A stretch of DNA of 31,704 nucleotides, from positions 1 to 31,704 of IMG/VR virus record IMGVR_UViG_3300031519_000133; one strand, written 5' to 3'. Each line of letters starts with the position of its first letter. The stretch's first letter is position 1. Below are positions 18,176 to 26,820 of the stretch, one piece after another. Both the position numbers and the translations under genes were made by a program. The notes under the pieces are model-generated. The model worked only from the letters and a program-made list of their open reading frames with translations, was not told the origin of the DNA and did no database searches. The stretch comes from a virus (taxonomy: Duplodnaviria > Caudoviricetes).

Positions 18176-19352
18176 AATCTTTTATCTTGTAAGATTTTGT
18201 TTTTTTGTTCTCTAAATATTCCTTGAATGTAATCAGAGAATCATCTTTTATTACAACTTCGTTTAAATACGATTTCATACTTTTAACAATACCTTTCAAA
18301 TCATTTATTAACATTTCTGTCAACGTTCCAGACACTTTCCTCTTCGGTTTTGTTATGCTCGATAAAAGAATCTTAAATATATGTTCATTAATAGAAGATC
18401 CTTTAATATACTCTTTAGTTTTTTCGTTAGTCAACAAATCTAAATTTATTTTGAATTTAGGATTTGAAGCAAATTCCATAGGCTCTATATCTAAACCTTC
18501 ATACTTCTTGTGATTCCTTCTAATATAATCATTGAAAATTTTAGAAACTAATGAAATAGTCTTTTCGTCTAAATCTTCTTCGTACACTTTATATTTCTTT
18601 ACTCCATTGATTTTTATAAACTCAACTAAATCAGAAAGGATAATCCCATAAAGATCTTGTGGTTCTCTTTTATTAATTTTATTCTCCATTATTGGATTCG
18701 ATATTTTTGTATTCACTCCATCTTCGTTAAGAAATGTTATCATCAACGAGTTTGTATTTCCAGAAGATTCGTTGATATATGACGGAATAATAGAAGGATC
18801 TACTAATGATATAACATAATCAGTAAATGTTGTTTTTATTTTAGATGATATTACGGATTCACTTAATCTTAAATATTCTAAAATTTTTATTTTTTGAATA
18901 CCATCTAATTCTCCTTCCCATAAGATTGGTGGAGGACTAACCGATAAAGATTGAGCAATCTCATTTAGGTAAGTAATGTCATTTAAAAATTCCTTTGTAG
19001 ATAAATCTTGTATGTCTGTTAAAATTAAATTATTTAAAGAGTTCGTTAAGGACTCGTTAATGAAAACTCTGAATCCATACCTAAATCCAGGCTTCAAATA
19101 ATTAATTAATTCGTTTGGTTTATCCAAAAAGAAATTAATAGGATCTTCATATAATCGAGTGGACACTCTATCAAATTTAGTGATAACTCCATCTCTCTTA
19201 AAAAAGACTAAATCTCCATTATTAAGTCTTTCTACTAAAAAACGAGTTTCGTTTATTTTTTCTGAGATAACGATCGGACTTTCTAATAAAGTCTTTACGT
19301 AACTCATTCCTTTATCTTCGAAAATGTCCCTAAGAGATTTTAATTTACTCAT
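18174..19352 (-). CDS. Hypothetical protein, possibly a divergent RNA-ligase/nucleotidyltransferase fold
   Basis: 'VISEKINETRF' resembles ligase motif I (EKxDG); 'VSPPPILWEG' resembles an Rnl2-like segment; C-terminal LITFKEYLE. Confidence 0.4.
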   Translation of the reverse strand: MSKLKSLRDIFEDKGMSYVKTLLESPIVISEKINETRFLVERLNNGDLVFFKRDGVITKFDRVSTRLYEDPINFFLDKPNELINYLKPGFRYGFRVFINESLTNSLNNLILTDIQDLSTKEFLNDITYLNEIAQSLSVSPPPILWEGELDGIQKIKILEYLRLSESVISSKIKTTFTDYVISLVDPSIIPSYINESSGNTNSLMITFLNEDGVNTKISNPIMENKINKREPQDLYGIILSDLVEFIKINGVKKYKVYEEDLDEKTISLVSKIFNDYIRRNHKKYEGLDIEPMEFASNPKFKINLDLLTNEKTKEYIKGSSINEHIFKILLSSITKPKRKVSGTLTEMLINDLKGIVKSMKSYLNEVVIKDDSLITFKEYLENKKTKSYKIKD

Positions 19353-19558
19353 ACGTTTTTTGCTTTTCTATATTCCCTGATTGAATTCCAAAATTCTTCG
19401 GATTGTTCTAGTGATAGCTCTGCAGGATCGATAGCTTCATATTTACCTAAAGCTTCGGTGTAGAATTTTAAATACTTTTTTGCAGAGGCATCTTTATCTT
19501 TTTGTTCTTTAACTGCCTTTCTATTTTTATTGAAAGCTTTGAACTTTAATAGAGCCAT
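19349..19558 (-). CDS. Hypothetical 69-aa protein, probably late/virion
   Basis: Directly follows a GATATATA site; partial leader (LLKFKAF). Confidence 0.55.
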   Translation of the reverse strand: MALLKFKAFNKNRKAVKEQKDKDASAKKYLKFYTEALGKYEAIDPAELSLEQSEEFWNSIREYRKAKNV

Positions 19559-19563
19559 ACTTT

Positions 19564-21081
19564 TTATTTATATATATCTAATAAATTGACTGGTCTAATT
19601 TGATAAGGAAATTTTTGTTCATCGTAGATTACTTGTCTGGCTTTTGAGTGCTTATATAAATAGTTTTTAAATTTACCACTACAAAAGTTATCAACAAAAT
19701 CTACTATAATAAGTTTCTTTTTATCTTTATGGAGTCTGAGGCCTCTACCTATAGATTGTCTTATTATAACTTCAGATTTAAATGATTCTGTTAAATAAAT
19801 TGTATGAATATTTTTAATATTTATTCCAGTAGAAAACGTTCCATAAGATGCTATTAAAATTTTCTCTTCTCCGGTTTCTAGTTCATCTTTTTGTATGGCC
19901 CTTAAATCTTTCGAAGTACCTCCATCTATGTAGAATATTCTCCGGTTAGTCTTTTGTCTAAGCATATCATAAATTTTATTACCATATTCTATTCTAAAAA
20001 ATAATACTAAAGCATTTTTCTTATTTTTTAATATCATATCTGTGATAAAATTAAGTCTTAAATGATCGCTTATTGCATAATCCTGTTCTAGTTTTAATAG
20101 CTTTTTTCTATCAGTTTCTGATTTATAATAAAGAGACTTAAAACCATCTTTTATATCTTTTTGTACATAATCCATTTCTAATACAAGAACTTCACAAGGA
20201 GTAATATATCCCTTTTTAATTAAGTAACTTGCATCAATCGAGGTTATTAAAGGTCCAGTATAAGCCATTATCGTTAATCTATCTAATGTTCCTTTTTTAG
20301 GAACGGTTCCGGATAATCCGAATTTCCTATCGGCATAGTCACACTTCTCTAAAATACTTTTTATAGAGACAGATTTCGCCTTATGAGTCTCGTCTACTAT
20401 TACAGTATCAAATTGATCAAAATAATCCTTTTTCTTCTTAACTAAAGACTGATAAGTTCCTATTACAATATTTGATCTATTTCTTATTGTAGATCCTGAA
20501 TATATTTGTTGTATTTCTAAGTTAAGTTTAACTGCAGTCTCGTTGTATTCGTAAAAATCTTCACAGCCTTGTATGACAAGATCAACTGTCGGAACGATCA
20601 TTAATATTTTCTTAGAAGTTCCTTGCTCTAAAAGATATGAAATAACCATATAAGTTATTAAAGTTTTTCCTGCAGATGTAGCTAATTCGGCTATACATGA
20701 TTTATATTTTATAATATTAAATGCAGTCTCTATTTGATAATCTCTAGGTTTCATCTCGGAATCTTTCCATCGATCATTAACCCAATCGACAAATAAATCT
20801 TTATTAACACTTCTATCAAATCGGTTATTAATACCTTCTATATCTAATTCAAAATCATAATCTCTACACATATCAACAACCTCATTCCATAGACCTGATG
20901 GCAAATATTTGTTTGATTTAAAATATGAAATTTTACCATCCCACCAGCCTTTCTTTACTCGAGGGTCCCATTTTGCATTAGGCGATAGTCGAGTAAAGGT
21001 AAGTTGAGTTTGTTCAATTTCAATTTCAGTAGCCTCAACTAAAGTTAAAAACTTACCTTCATGAGTTATTGTCCATTTCAT
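19564..21081 (-). CDS. uvsW: UvsW-like SF2 helicase
   Basis: WDGKI, PRDYQ, LATSAGKT, IVPT, TYQSL, VDETH, GLSGT, ASYGTFSTGINI, QSIGRGLR. Confidence 0.95.
   Translation of the reverse strand: MKWTITHEGKFLTLVEATEIEIEQTQLTFTRLSPNAKWDPRVKKGWWDGKISYFKSNKYLPSGLWNEVVDMCRDYDFELDIEGINNRFDRSVNKDLFVDWVNDRWKDSEMKPRDYQIETAFNIIKYKSCIAELATSAGKTLITYMVISYLLEQGTSKKILMIVPTVDLVIQGCEDFYEYNETAVKLNLEIQQIYSGSTIRNRSNIVIGTYQSLVKKKKDYFDQFDTVIVDETHKAKSVSIKSILEKCDYADRKFGLSGTVPKKGTLDRLTIMAYTGPLITSIDASYLIKKGYITPCEVLVLEMDYVQKDIKDGFKSLYYKSETDRKKLLKLEQDYAISDHLRLNFITDMILKNKKNALVLFFRIEYGNKIYDMLRQKTNRRIFYIDGGTSKDLRAIQKDELETGEEKILIASYGTFSTGINIKNIHTIYLTESFKSEVIIRQSIGRGLRLHKDKKKLIIVDFVDNFCSGKFKNYLYKHSKARQVIYDEQKFPYQIRPVNLLDIYK
19571..19578 (-). 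promoter_or_regulatory. Putative late promoter GATATATA within the uvsW 3' end
   Basis: 12 nt upstream of the ATG at 19558. The minus strand reads GATATATATAAATA, which also contains the T4 late consensus TATAAATA. Confidence 0.6.
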
Positions 21082-21093
21082 TATATTTAAAGT

Positions 21094-21546
21094 TTAGTAA
21101 ATCTTATTATTAAATTCTTCTATTGATATTTTAGCCTTAATAGCGAATCCCATTTTATCTAAAGTTTCTATGCATTGCTGATAATAATTAATTTGAGCTT
21201 CTAATAAAGATTTCTGTCTGTTTCTTAAAGCCATATCAGAATTTATGAATTGCGTGATTTCTCGATAATCTAATCTTAAGTCATGTTTTGTTTTGTAATA
21301 TTCATGTCTATTTTTTCTAAAATTTTCATTATTAGCTCGACGTCTATATAATCCTGATTTAAGAGTTATCATCTTATCAACTAATATATGTCTATATGAC
21401 AGCATTAAAACCTGAGATTTAGAAAGAGTCGAAAAATCATTAATTAATTTAATTATATCAGATATTTTCTTTGTTAAATCATGCCTTTCTGTTTCTAAAG
21501 CCTTATCTAAATTTTCAGTTTTCTCTTCTTCTAACGGTGATTCCAT
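21094..21546 (-). CDS. uvsY: UvsY-like recombination mediator
   Basis: Helical 150 aa; 'RHEYYK', 'FINSD' and 'INYYQQCIETLDKMGFAIK' parallel the UvsY C-terminus; adjacent to uvsW. Confidence 0.7.
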   Translation of the reverse strand: MESPLEEEKTENLDKALETERHDLTKKISDIIKLINDFSTLSKSQVLMLSYRHILVDKMITLKSGLYRRRANNENFRKNRHEYYKTKHDLRLDYREITQFINSDMALRNRQKSLLEAQINYYQQCIETLDKMGFAIKAKISIEEFNNKIY

Positions 21547-21557
21547 TTTTTATAATT

Positions 21558-21773
21558 TTAAAATAATTGTCCAGTTTTTCCTTTATTTTTTAAGGATTTC
21601 ATATCTACTAGTTTAGGCTTTTTTTCTACAACAGGCCTAGATTTTTTTACAGCTTCATCTATTAATAGTTTTTTATTATTATAAGTCGCTTTTGAATTAA
21701 AATCCACAAATAACTTAAGATTTTCTGATATCAAATCTTCTGGTATAAAAAAATCAATATGTTTATTTTTCAT
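21558..21773 (-). CDS. Hypothetical protein (71 aa)
   Basis: ORF abutting the primase stop. Confidence 0.5.
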   Translation of the reverse strand: MKNKHIDFFIPEDLISENLKLFVDFNSKATYNNKKLLIDEAVKKSRPVVEKKPKLVDMKSLKNKGKTGQLF

Positions 21774-22835
21774 CTATATAAGTCTAATATCAATAGGTTC
21801 ATCAGTAAAATATTCATTGATATTTCTTAATGCATCGTTTTGATTTTTCCAGCAATAAATAATCAATTCATTAAAATCTTTAATTTTTTTTCTTATCTTA
21901 TAATCACGTACTAGCTTTCCCCACATAAAAACATTTTTTTTACATCTTAATTTCTTTTCCATTATTTTTCTTCCTATTGAATCATTATCAAATAAGTATC
22001 TAACTGTCGGAATTTCATCGAACATCTGTGTTGGTTTATCTGCACCTGATAAGGCTATTGAATTTCCTAATAATAATGAGTCGATAGGTCCTTCAAAAAT
22101 AGTAACCGGCCTAGTAAAATCTGCAAACATTATTCCAAAATATAAAGATAATGTATTAATTTTAGAAATTTGAGCAGACTCTAATTCAATGTTTCGGTTT
22201 TTAACCAATATGTTTATTTTTTCAATTGTATATGAGATATATTTTTGCCGATATTGAGAAAAATTCCTTATTTGATAACCTAGAACATTTCCTGCAGAAT
22301 TTAAGTTTAATATATATAGCTGATTTTGTTCTTGGCTAAACAAAAAATTATTTAAATTTTTATGTAGTAACCTACCTTTTAAATAAGCTAAGCATCGTTT
22401 ATTCTCTTTTGGATGAATTAAATTAAATTTAGCCTTTAATTCCTGTATTGTTATTGAATATTCGTTTAGATTACTAAAAACTTCATATTGAAGATAATCT
22501 TTAGATTCTATATTAACTCGATTATACTCAATATATTCAAGGAAGAATGAGAGATCTTTTATATTCTTTATTGGTTGATCAAAGTCTCTCATAAAACTTA
22601 CAAGAGTAGTGTGTTTTTTAGAACAACCTCCATTGTAGCAATGATATTGTAGAGTTTTCCAATAGAGGTTACCTCTTTTTTTATATTTATTATCAGAATC
22701 TAAGCAATAAGGACATGCTATATTTAATCGATCTCTGAAAATACTAACTTCGCTTTTAGGTCCTGAAAAAATTTTTCTTTGTATTAATTCAACTTTACGT
22801 ATAATATCAGATTGCCTATCTGTAGTAATTTCCAT
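21774..22835 (-). CDS. gp61: gp61-like DNA primase
   Basis: Zn finger CPYCLDS...HCYNGGC, YLKGR, GYQIR, TOPRIM FEGPIDS and FDND, KDFNE. Confidence 0.92.
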   Translation of the reverse strand: MEITTDRQSDIIRKVELIQRKIFSGPKSEVSIFRDRLNIACPYCLDSDNKYKKRGNLYWKTLQYHCYNGGCSKKHTTLVSFMRDFDQPIKNIKDLSFFLEYIEYNRVNIESKDYLQYEVFSNLNEYSITIQELKAKFNLIHPKENKRCLAYLKGRLLHKNLNNFLFSQEQNQLYILNLNSAGNVLGYQIRNFSQYRQKYISYTIEKINILVKNRNIELESAQISKINTLSLYFGIMFADFTRPVTIFEGPIDSLLLGNSIALSGADKPTQMFDEIPTVRYLFDNDSIGRKIMEKKLRCKKNVFMWGKLVRDYKIRKKIKDFNELIIYCWKNQNDALRNINEYFTDEPIDIRLI

Positions 22836-22856
22836 ATTTTCATTTTTTGTATCTTT

Positions 22857-22890
22857 AAAAAGAGCAGTGGATATGTTTATCCACTGCTCT
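22857..22890 (-). terminator. Intrinsic terminator downstream of the SSB gene
   Basis: Perfect 13-bp stem agagcagtggata (22861-22873) / tatccactgctct (22878-22890), 4-nt loop, then TTTT on the minus strand. Confidence 0.88.
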
Positions 22891-22913
22891 CAAAAATTTA
22901 AATATGCTAATTA

Positions 22914-23849
22914 TTATTTAGTAGTTTCTCCGCCTATATTAAATTCACTTAACCAATCGTCAATATCTCCAGAAGATTCTGTAGTATTTTGTGATTCAGC
23001 TTTTGCAAGTTGTTTATTATCGGCGTTTAATGCTGGTTGAGATTCTTTTTTAGTGTGAGATGTTACTTTATTAAGAGAAGCTCCAGGATTTCCTGTTAAT
23101 TCTGCTAAGTAATCATTAACTCTAGATTGAATATCGTCAGTCCATGGTCTAAAATCATGTTCCATAAGAGAATTCACGTTATCATAAAGTTTCATTATAG
23201 TAGCTCTGCTTTCAGGGTTATTATCCATTACTACTCCATCAATTTTTATAGGACCAGATTTAGCAGCGAACTTAGATTCTTCATAATTCCAATAGCCACC
23301 TTTAAGAGTAACCTTTAAAGAAAAGTCTTTTCCGGCAAAGAAGTCGAAAATGTTATTAGGTTCTACTCCCATTTCAATATCATCAATTTCTGGAGATAAT
23401 TGAGCATCAACTAATTTTTTTATTTGTCGAGGATATCTCATAATTTGAACAGTACCATCTAATTCTGGTCTAATAAAATCTTTTACAATATAAACATAAG
23501 AATAGTAATACTCTTTACGTTTTAATTTTTCTGCTTGTTTTTTATCGAACGCAGACTCAGATTTATATAGCTTCCAGAATGTGTCTTGAATAGGTGATTT
23601 TTCGTTAATACTAGATGGACAATCTACGTAAAACCCCTTTCCGTCAGGTCCTTGTAGCCAATAGCTATATTTTTTTATTGTCGATTTTCGTGGATTAACA
23701 TTATTAGAAATGAAACGGACGACTGCTCTATAAACAGAATCGCTTGCCATAGTTGGAGCCGGTTTGTAAACGTTGTTTGTTTCTTTTTTAGGCTCGTTTG
23801 TGATAAAATCCTCTGATGAGAGGTTAAATAAATCAAATTCTTCTTTCAT
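22914..23849 (-). CDS. gp32: gp32-like single-stranded DNA binding protein
   Basis: AVVRF, CPSS, KRKEYYYSYVYIVKD, FDFFAGKDFSLKV, WNYEESKF, acidic tail DIDDWL. Confidence 0.88.
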   Translation of the reverse strand: MKEEFDLFNLSSEDFITNEPKKETNNVYKPAPTMASDSVYRAVVRFISNNVNPRKSTIKKYSYWLQGPDGKGFYVDCPSSINEKSPIQDTFWKLYKSESAFDKKQAEKLKRKEYYYSYVYIVKDFIRPELDGTVQIMRYPRQIKKLVDAQLSPEIDDIEMGVEPNNIFDFFAGKDFSLKVTLKGGYWNYEESKFAAKSGPIKIDGVVMDNNPESRATIMKLYDNVNSLMEHDFRPWTDDIQSRVNDYLAELTGNPGASLNKVTSHTKKESQPALNADNKQLAKAESQNTTESSGDIDDWLSEFNIGGETTK

Positions 23850-23944
23850 ACTTACGTTTTTTTACTTTATTTATTAATTAATTATTTACTTAATTTATAT
23901 GAATATATTTTATAAAAAATTCATATTTTTACTTACTTATTTAC

Positions 23945-24277
23945 TTACTTAATCTTTTTGTACTTATATTTACCATTACGTATTTGATTCCAAAACCTAG
24001 TACCATAAGTACCTTCATTAGTTTCTTTCTTTAATAATTTTTTTGCTTTCTTTTTTACATAACTACCAGCCTTTCCTAATAAAGTTTTCTCGTCGGCAAA
24101 TAACCTAAAAACTTTTTTGGGAACGTCTTCATACTGATAAACCGATCCATCACGAAATTCAATCACAAGAATTTCAGTTTTATCGTCATATTTTATATCT
24201 GTCAAATGACTGGATTCTATTTCTTTATTCCATTTTTTTTCTAATAAAAAATCTTCGTATTTTAAAAACTCGTGCAT
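23945..24277 (-). CDS. KTSC-domain protein with leader MHEFLKYEDFLLE
   Basis: 'ESSHLTDIKYD...LVIEFRDGSVYQYEDVP' is the KTSC pattern. Confidence 0.8.
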   Translation of the reverse strand: MHEFLKYEDFLLEKKWNKEIESSHLTDIKYDDKTEILVIEFRDGSVYQYEDVPKKVFRLFADEKTLLGKAGSYVKKKAKKLLKKETNEGTYGTRFWNQIRNGKYKYKKIK

Positions 24278-24306
24278 TTAATAGTTTGTATATTTTATAT
24301 GATGTA

Positions 24307-24654
24307 TTATGACTTTTTATTCTTATCGATCCATGTTCTAAAAATCTTCATTGCATCTCGCATCCCTTGAGTTTGATGTTTATGTAATTTAGCTCGAGTT
24401 TCCATTGTTGTTGCTATAGACATAGCCCATACATTTTCATCTTGCTTTAACAGCTTATCTAGCTCTTTTATTGTAAATTCAGCCTTTTCTTTATTTGCAT
24501 ATCCAGTACCTTTAATAGCATCTTTTCCTCCTTTTGAGTATAGACCTATGTCTGGTGGATCTGATTTATAATCTTTCTTTTTTCTCGTATGTCCAACCGT
24601 AGGTTTCTTTTTAGCTTCGTTTAAAAAGTCCTCGTAAGTTATTAAATTTTTCAT
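24307..24654 (-). CDS. Basic hypothetical protein with leader MKNLITYEDFLNE
   Basis: Leader motif; body (IKGTGY...A.TMETRAK) has no assignable function. Confidence 0.65.
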   Translation of the reverse strand: MKNLITYEDFLNEAKKKPTVGHTRKKKDYKSDPPDIGLYSKGGKDAIKGTGYANKEKAEFTIKELDKLLKQDENVWAMSIATTMETRAKLHKHQTQGMRDAMKIFRTWIDKNKKS

Positions 24655-24671
24655 TTTTTATTTATCTTTTA

Positions 24672-25010
24672 TTATGGTTTAGGACCATCTCCTTTTAACC
24701 ACTTAGCAACATCGGAGTCTGATGTTTTATAAGCCTTTCTTTTATCTATGAATGCATTTAATCGAGCATAACCCCATGCATTTAATGCAGCCGGTTTACC
24801 TAATTTTTTTATTTCAGGCCTAACAGCTCCCCAATTAGTTTGAGCAGCCCCGTAACCTCTTTTAAAAAGAATCATAAAAGCATATTTCAAATCTTCTATA
24901 TTAGATGTACCCATAGCTTTTTGATTTTTAGTATCTTTAGCTAAATCTAAAATCCTATCATCAACTTTTGATTCTAATAAAAAGTCTTCGTATTTTAAAA
25001 ACTTATTCAT
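24672..25010 (-). CDS. DUF5824-like protein with leader MNKFLKYEDFLLE
   Basis: 'FKRGYGAA...RP...AWGYARLNAF' resembles DUF5824 (RG.AA...RP...WGYARV.SF) as recalled. Confidence 0.55.
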   Translation of the reverse strand: MNKFLKYEDFLLESKVDDRILDLAKDTKNQKAMGTSNIEDLKYAFMILFKRGYGAAQTNWGAVRPEIKKLGKPAALNAWGYARLNAFIDKRKAYKTSDSDVAKWLKGDGPKP

Positions 25011-25027
25011 TTAGTAATTTGTTTATT

Positions 25028-25984
25028 TTAATTCCATCCACCAGAGTAATAACTAGATCCTAATTGAACGTCTTTAAATTTGAAAGATTTACCATTAAAC
25101 TTAACATCAACATCATAATAGTAGTATGTACTAAACGAAGAAGCTACAACTGAACTGTGATCAGATTTAGTCATCTTAGTTTTAGCTGTAAACTTTTTCC
25201 AAACATCCCTTCCGGCTTGTCCTTCCGTCATCAATTCTTTCATATAGGCAAATAATTCAGGCATTCGCCCTATATTAGCAGCCACATTTGCTTCGTCTGA
25301 ATTTTTATCATGCCAAATACCAACCTCTCTATTTATTGCATCTTTGAATAATTTATCGTCTATTCCTTTGATAACCCTTTCAAATTTCTTTTTTGTCGAT
25401 TTTTGTAAAAATGCCCTTTCTTCCTGTGGCAAATCAGCAACTGTAATACCATATTCTCTTAATTTACGAGCATCCGATGACATCATATAATAATTAAACG
25501 GATAAGTTCCTTTTTCGAACCGTTCTCTGATATACAAAGCCTGGCCTAAATAATCATGTGGATCTTCGTTTCGGTCAGGTAGTTGTGGCCATTTACCAAA
25601 AGCTTTCAAAAACTCCTTGATGAACTTCTTATTTTTCGATTTACCTTTAAATCCAGTCATTGATAATATCACCGTCTTAAATTCATCATATAGGTCATCA
25701 AAACCTGGTAGATTCGGCAGATCTGCAAACTTCACAGTCGTATCATCCTTAAGCTTCATATCATATCTAAAAGCTGAAACTAACGTTTCTTTATCGTATT
25801 TGTTTTCTTTTGACGAATTCCTAGGAAAATTTTTCTTAGTTACAATTTTATTAGCAAATTTTTCTAATGTAGTATATGTCGGTCGGTATCTATAGGACTT
25901 ATCACCCGGACCGCGAAATTTCTTCTTTGCTTCAGTTAAAGAAGACTCGTTAAGATATTGCTCGTAAGTTTTTAATTTCTTCAT
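25028..25984 (-). CDS. Basic hypothetical protein (318 aa) with leader MKKLKTYEQYLNE
   Basis: Leader motif followed by a second LTE site; first gene after the GATATATA at 26036. Confidence 0.65.
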   Translation of the reverse strand: MKKLKTYEQYLNESSLTEAKKKFRGPGDKSYRYRPTYTTLEKFANKIVTKKNFPRNSSKENKYDKETLVSAFRYDMKLKDDTTVKFADLPNLPGFDDLYDEFKTVILSMTGFKGKSKNKKFIKEFLKAFGKWPQLPDRNEDPHDYLGQALYIRERFEKGTYPFNYYMMSSDARKLREYGITVADLPQEERAFLQKSTKKKFERVIKGIDDKLFKDAINREVGIWHDKNSDEANVAANIGRMPELFAYMKELMTEGQAGRDVWKKFTAKTKMTKSDHSSVVASSFSTYYYYDVDVKFNGKSFKFKDVQLGSSYYSGGWN

Positions 25985-26035
25985 ATTGTTTTTTTGTTAT
26001 ACTTTTACTATTTTTTCTTCTCCTTTAGGATAAAG

Positions 26036-26043
26036 TATATATC
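26036..26043 (-). promoter_or_regulatory. Putative late promoter GATATATA
   Basis: 51 nt upstream of the four-gene leader array 23945-25984. Confidence 0.6.
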
Positions 26044-26187
26044 TTAATAAAAAGAGATCAATATTGAATCTGATCAGATCTAAAAGTCATATAACTATTA
26101 TCTAGTAGTTAAAGTTGAAAGGAAATCTAGTATACAGTTACAGTTAAGATAATCTATCTAATCTCTACTGAAAAACAGGAAATTCTG

Positions 26188-26808
26188 CTATTCTTTTATT
26201 TGTAAACTAAACTCTACTTCGGTTAAGGCTATAGCATCTACCAGATCATCAATAGGTTTAGGTATAAAGAATTTCTTACCTTCTATAATATCTAATGAAT
26301 TTATTAAATCTCTTAATTCAGATTTAGTATTATCTACGTAATGAGTTAACATAAAGCATTTATTAGCATTACCATTTCCTGAATACCTTTTCTTTAAAGT
26401 CTTAGGCGGCACTATGAAAATAGAGTCACCTACTCTCTCGTATAATTTACACCTTAAAAAAGAATTGTACATCACTATATCTATAAAGGAATTGCCACTC
26501 GAAGAATACGAGAAACCTTCAATATTAATTTGAGTACATTTATCTAAATAAGGCTCTAACTTTTCCATGATTATATCGCTTAATCTATTAGCATTCCTTA
26601 TCTTAATTTGTTGAGTTTCTAATGGATCTTTGGTATTACCTTCTTTTATATATGAGAATATTTGGACAAGGTCTTTTATTTTCTCGTGAGTCCTGAATCC
26701 TTTTAGGTGACTCTTGTAATTAGCCGAGAATGACATTAATATTAAATCATCCTTTGTCTTAATTGCTACTCCTGTTGAATTTATGGAAAAATCTATTCCG
26801 ATAATCAT
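26188..26808 (-). CDS. RuvC-like (RNase H fold) nuclease / Holliday junction resolvase
   Basis: IIGIDFS (Asp), INIEGFSY (Glu), PPKTLKK..SGNGNANK, DDLVDA (Asp pair). Confidence 0.8.
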   Translation of the reverse strand: MIIGIDFSINSTGVAIKTKDDLILMSFSANYKSHLKGFRTHEKIKDLVQIFSYIKEGNTKDPLETQQIKIRNANRLSDIIMEKLEPYLDKCTQINIEGFSYSSSGNSFIDIVMYNSFLRCKLYERVGDSIFIVPPKTLKKRYSGNGNANKCFMLTHYVDNTKSELRDLINSLDIIEGKKFFIPKPIDDLVDAIALTEVEFSLQIKE

Positions 26809-26820
26809 ATTATTAGTAGT

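Noticed and set aside
6972-24301. Second candidate promoter CATATAAAA (minus strand at 6972, 9823, 16172, 24293)
   Set aside because: It also occurs inside CDSs (about 11232 and 14143) and is expected in AT-rich DNA; it cannot be separated from background by eye.
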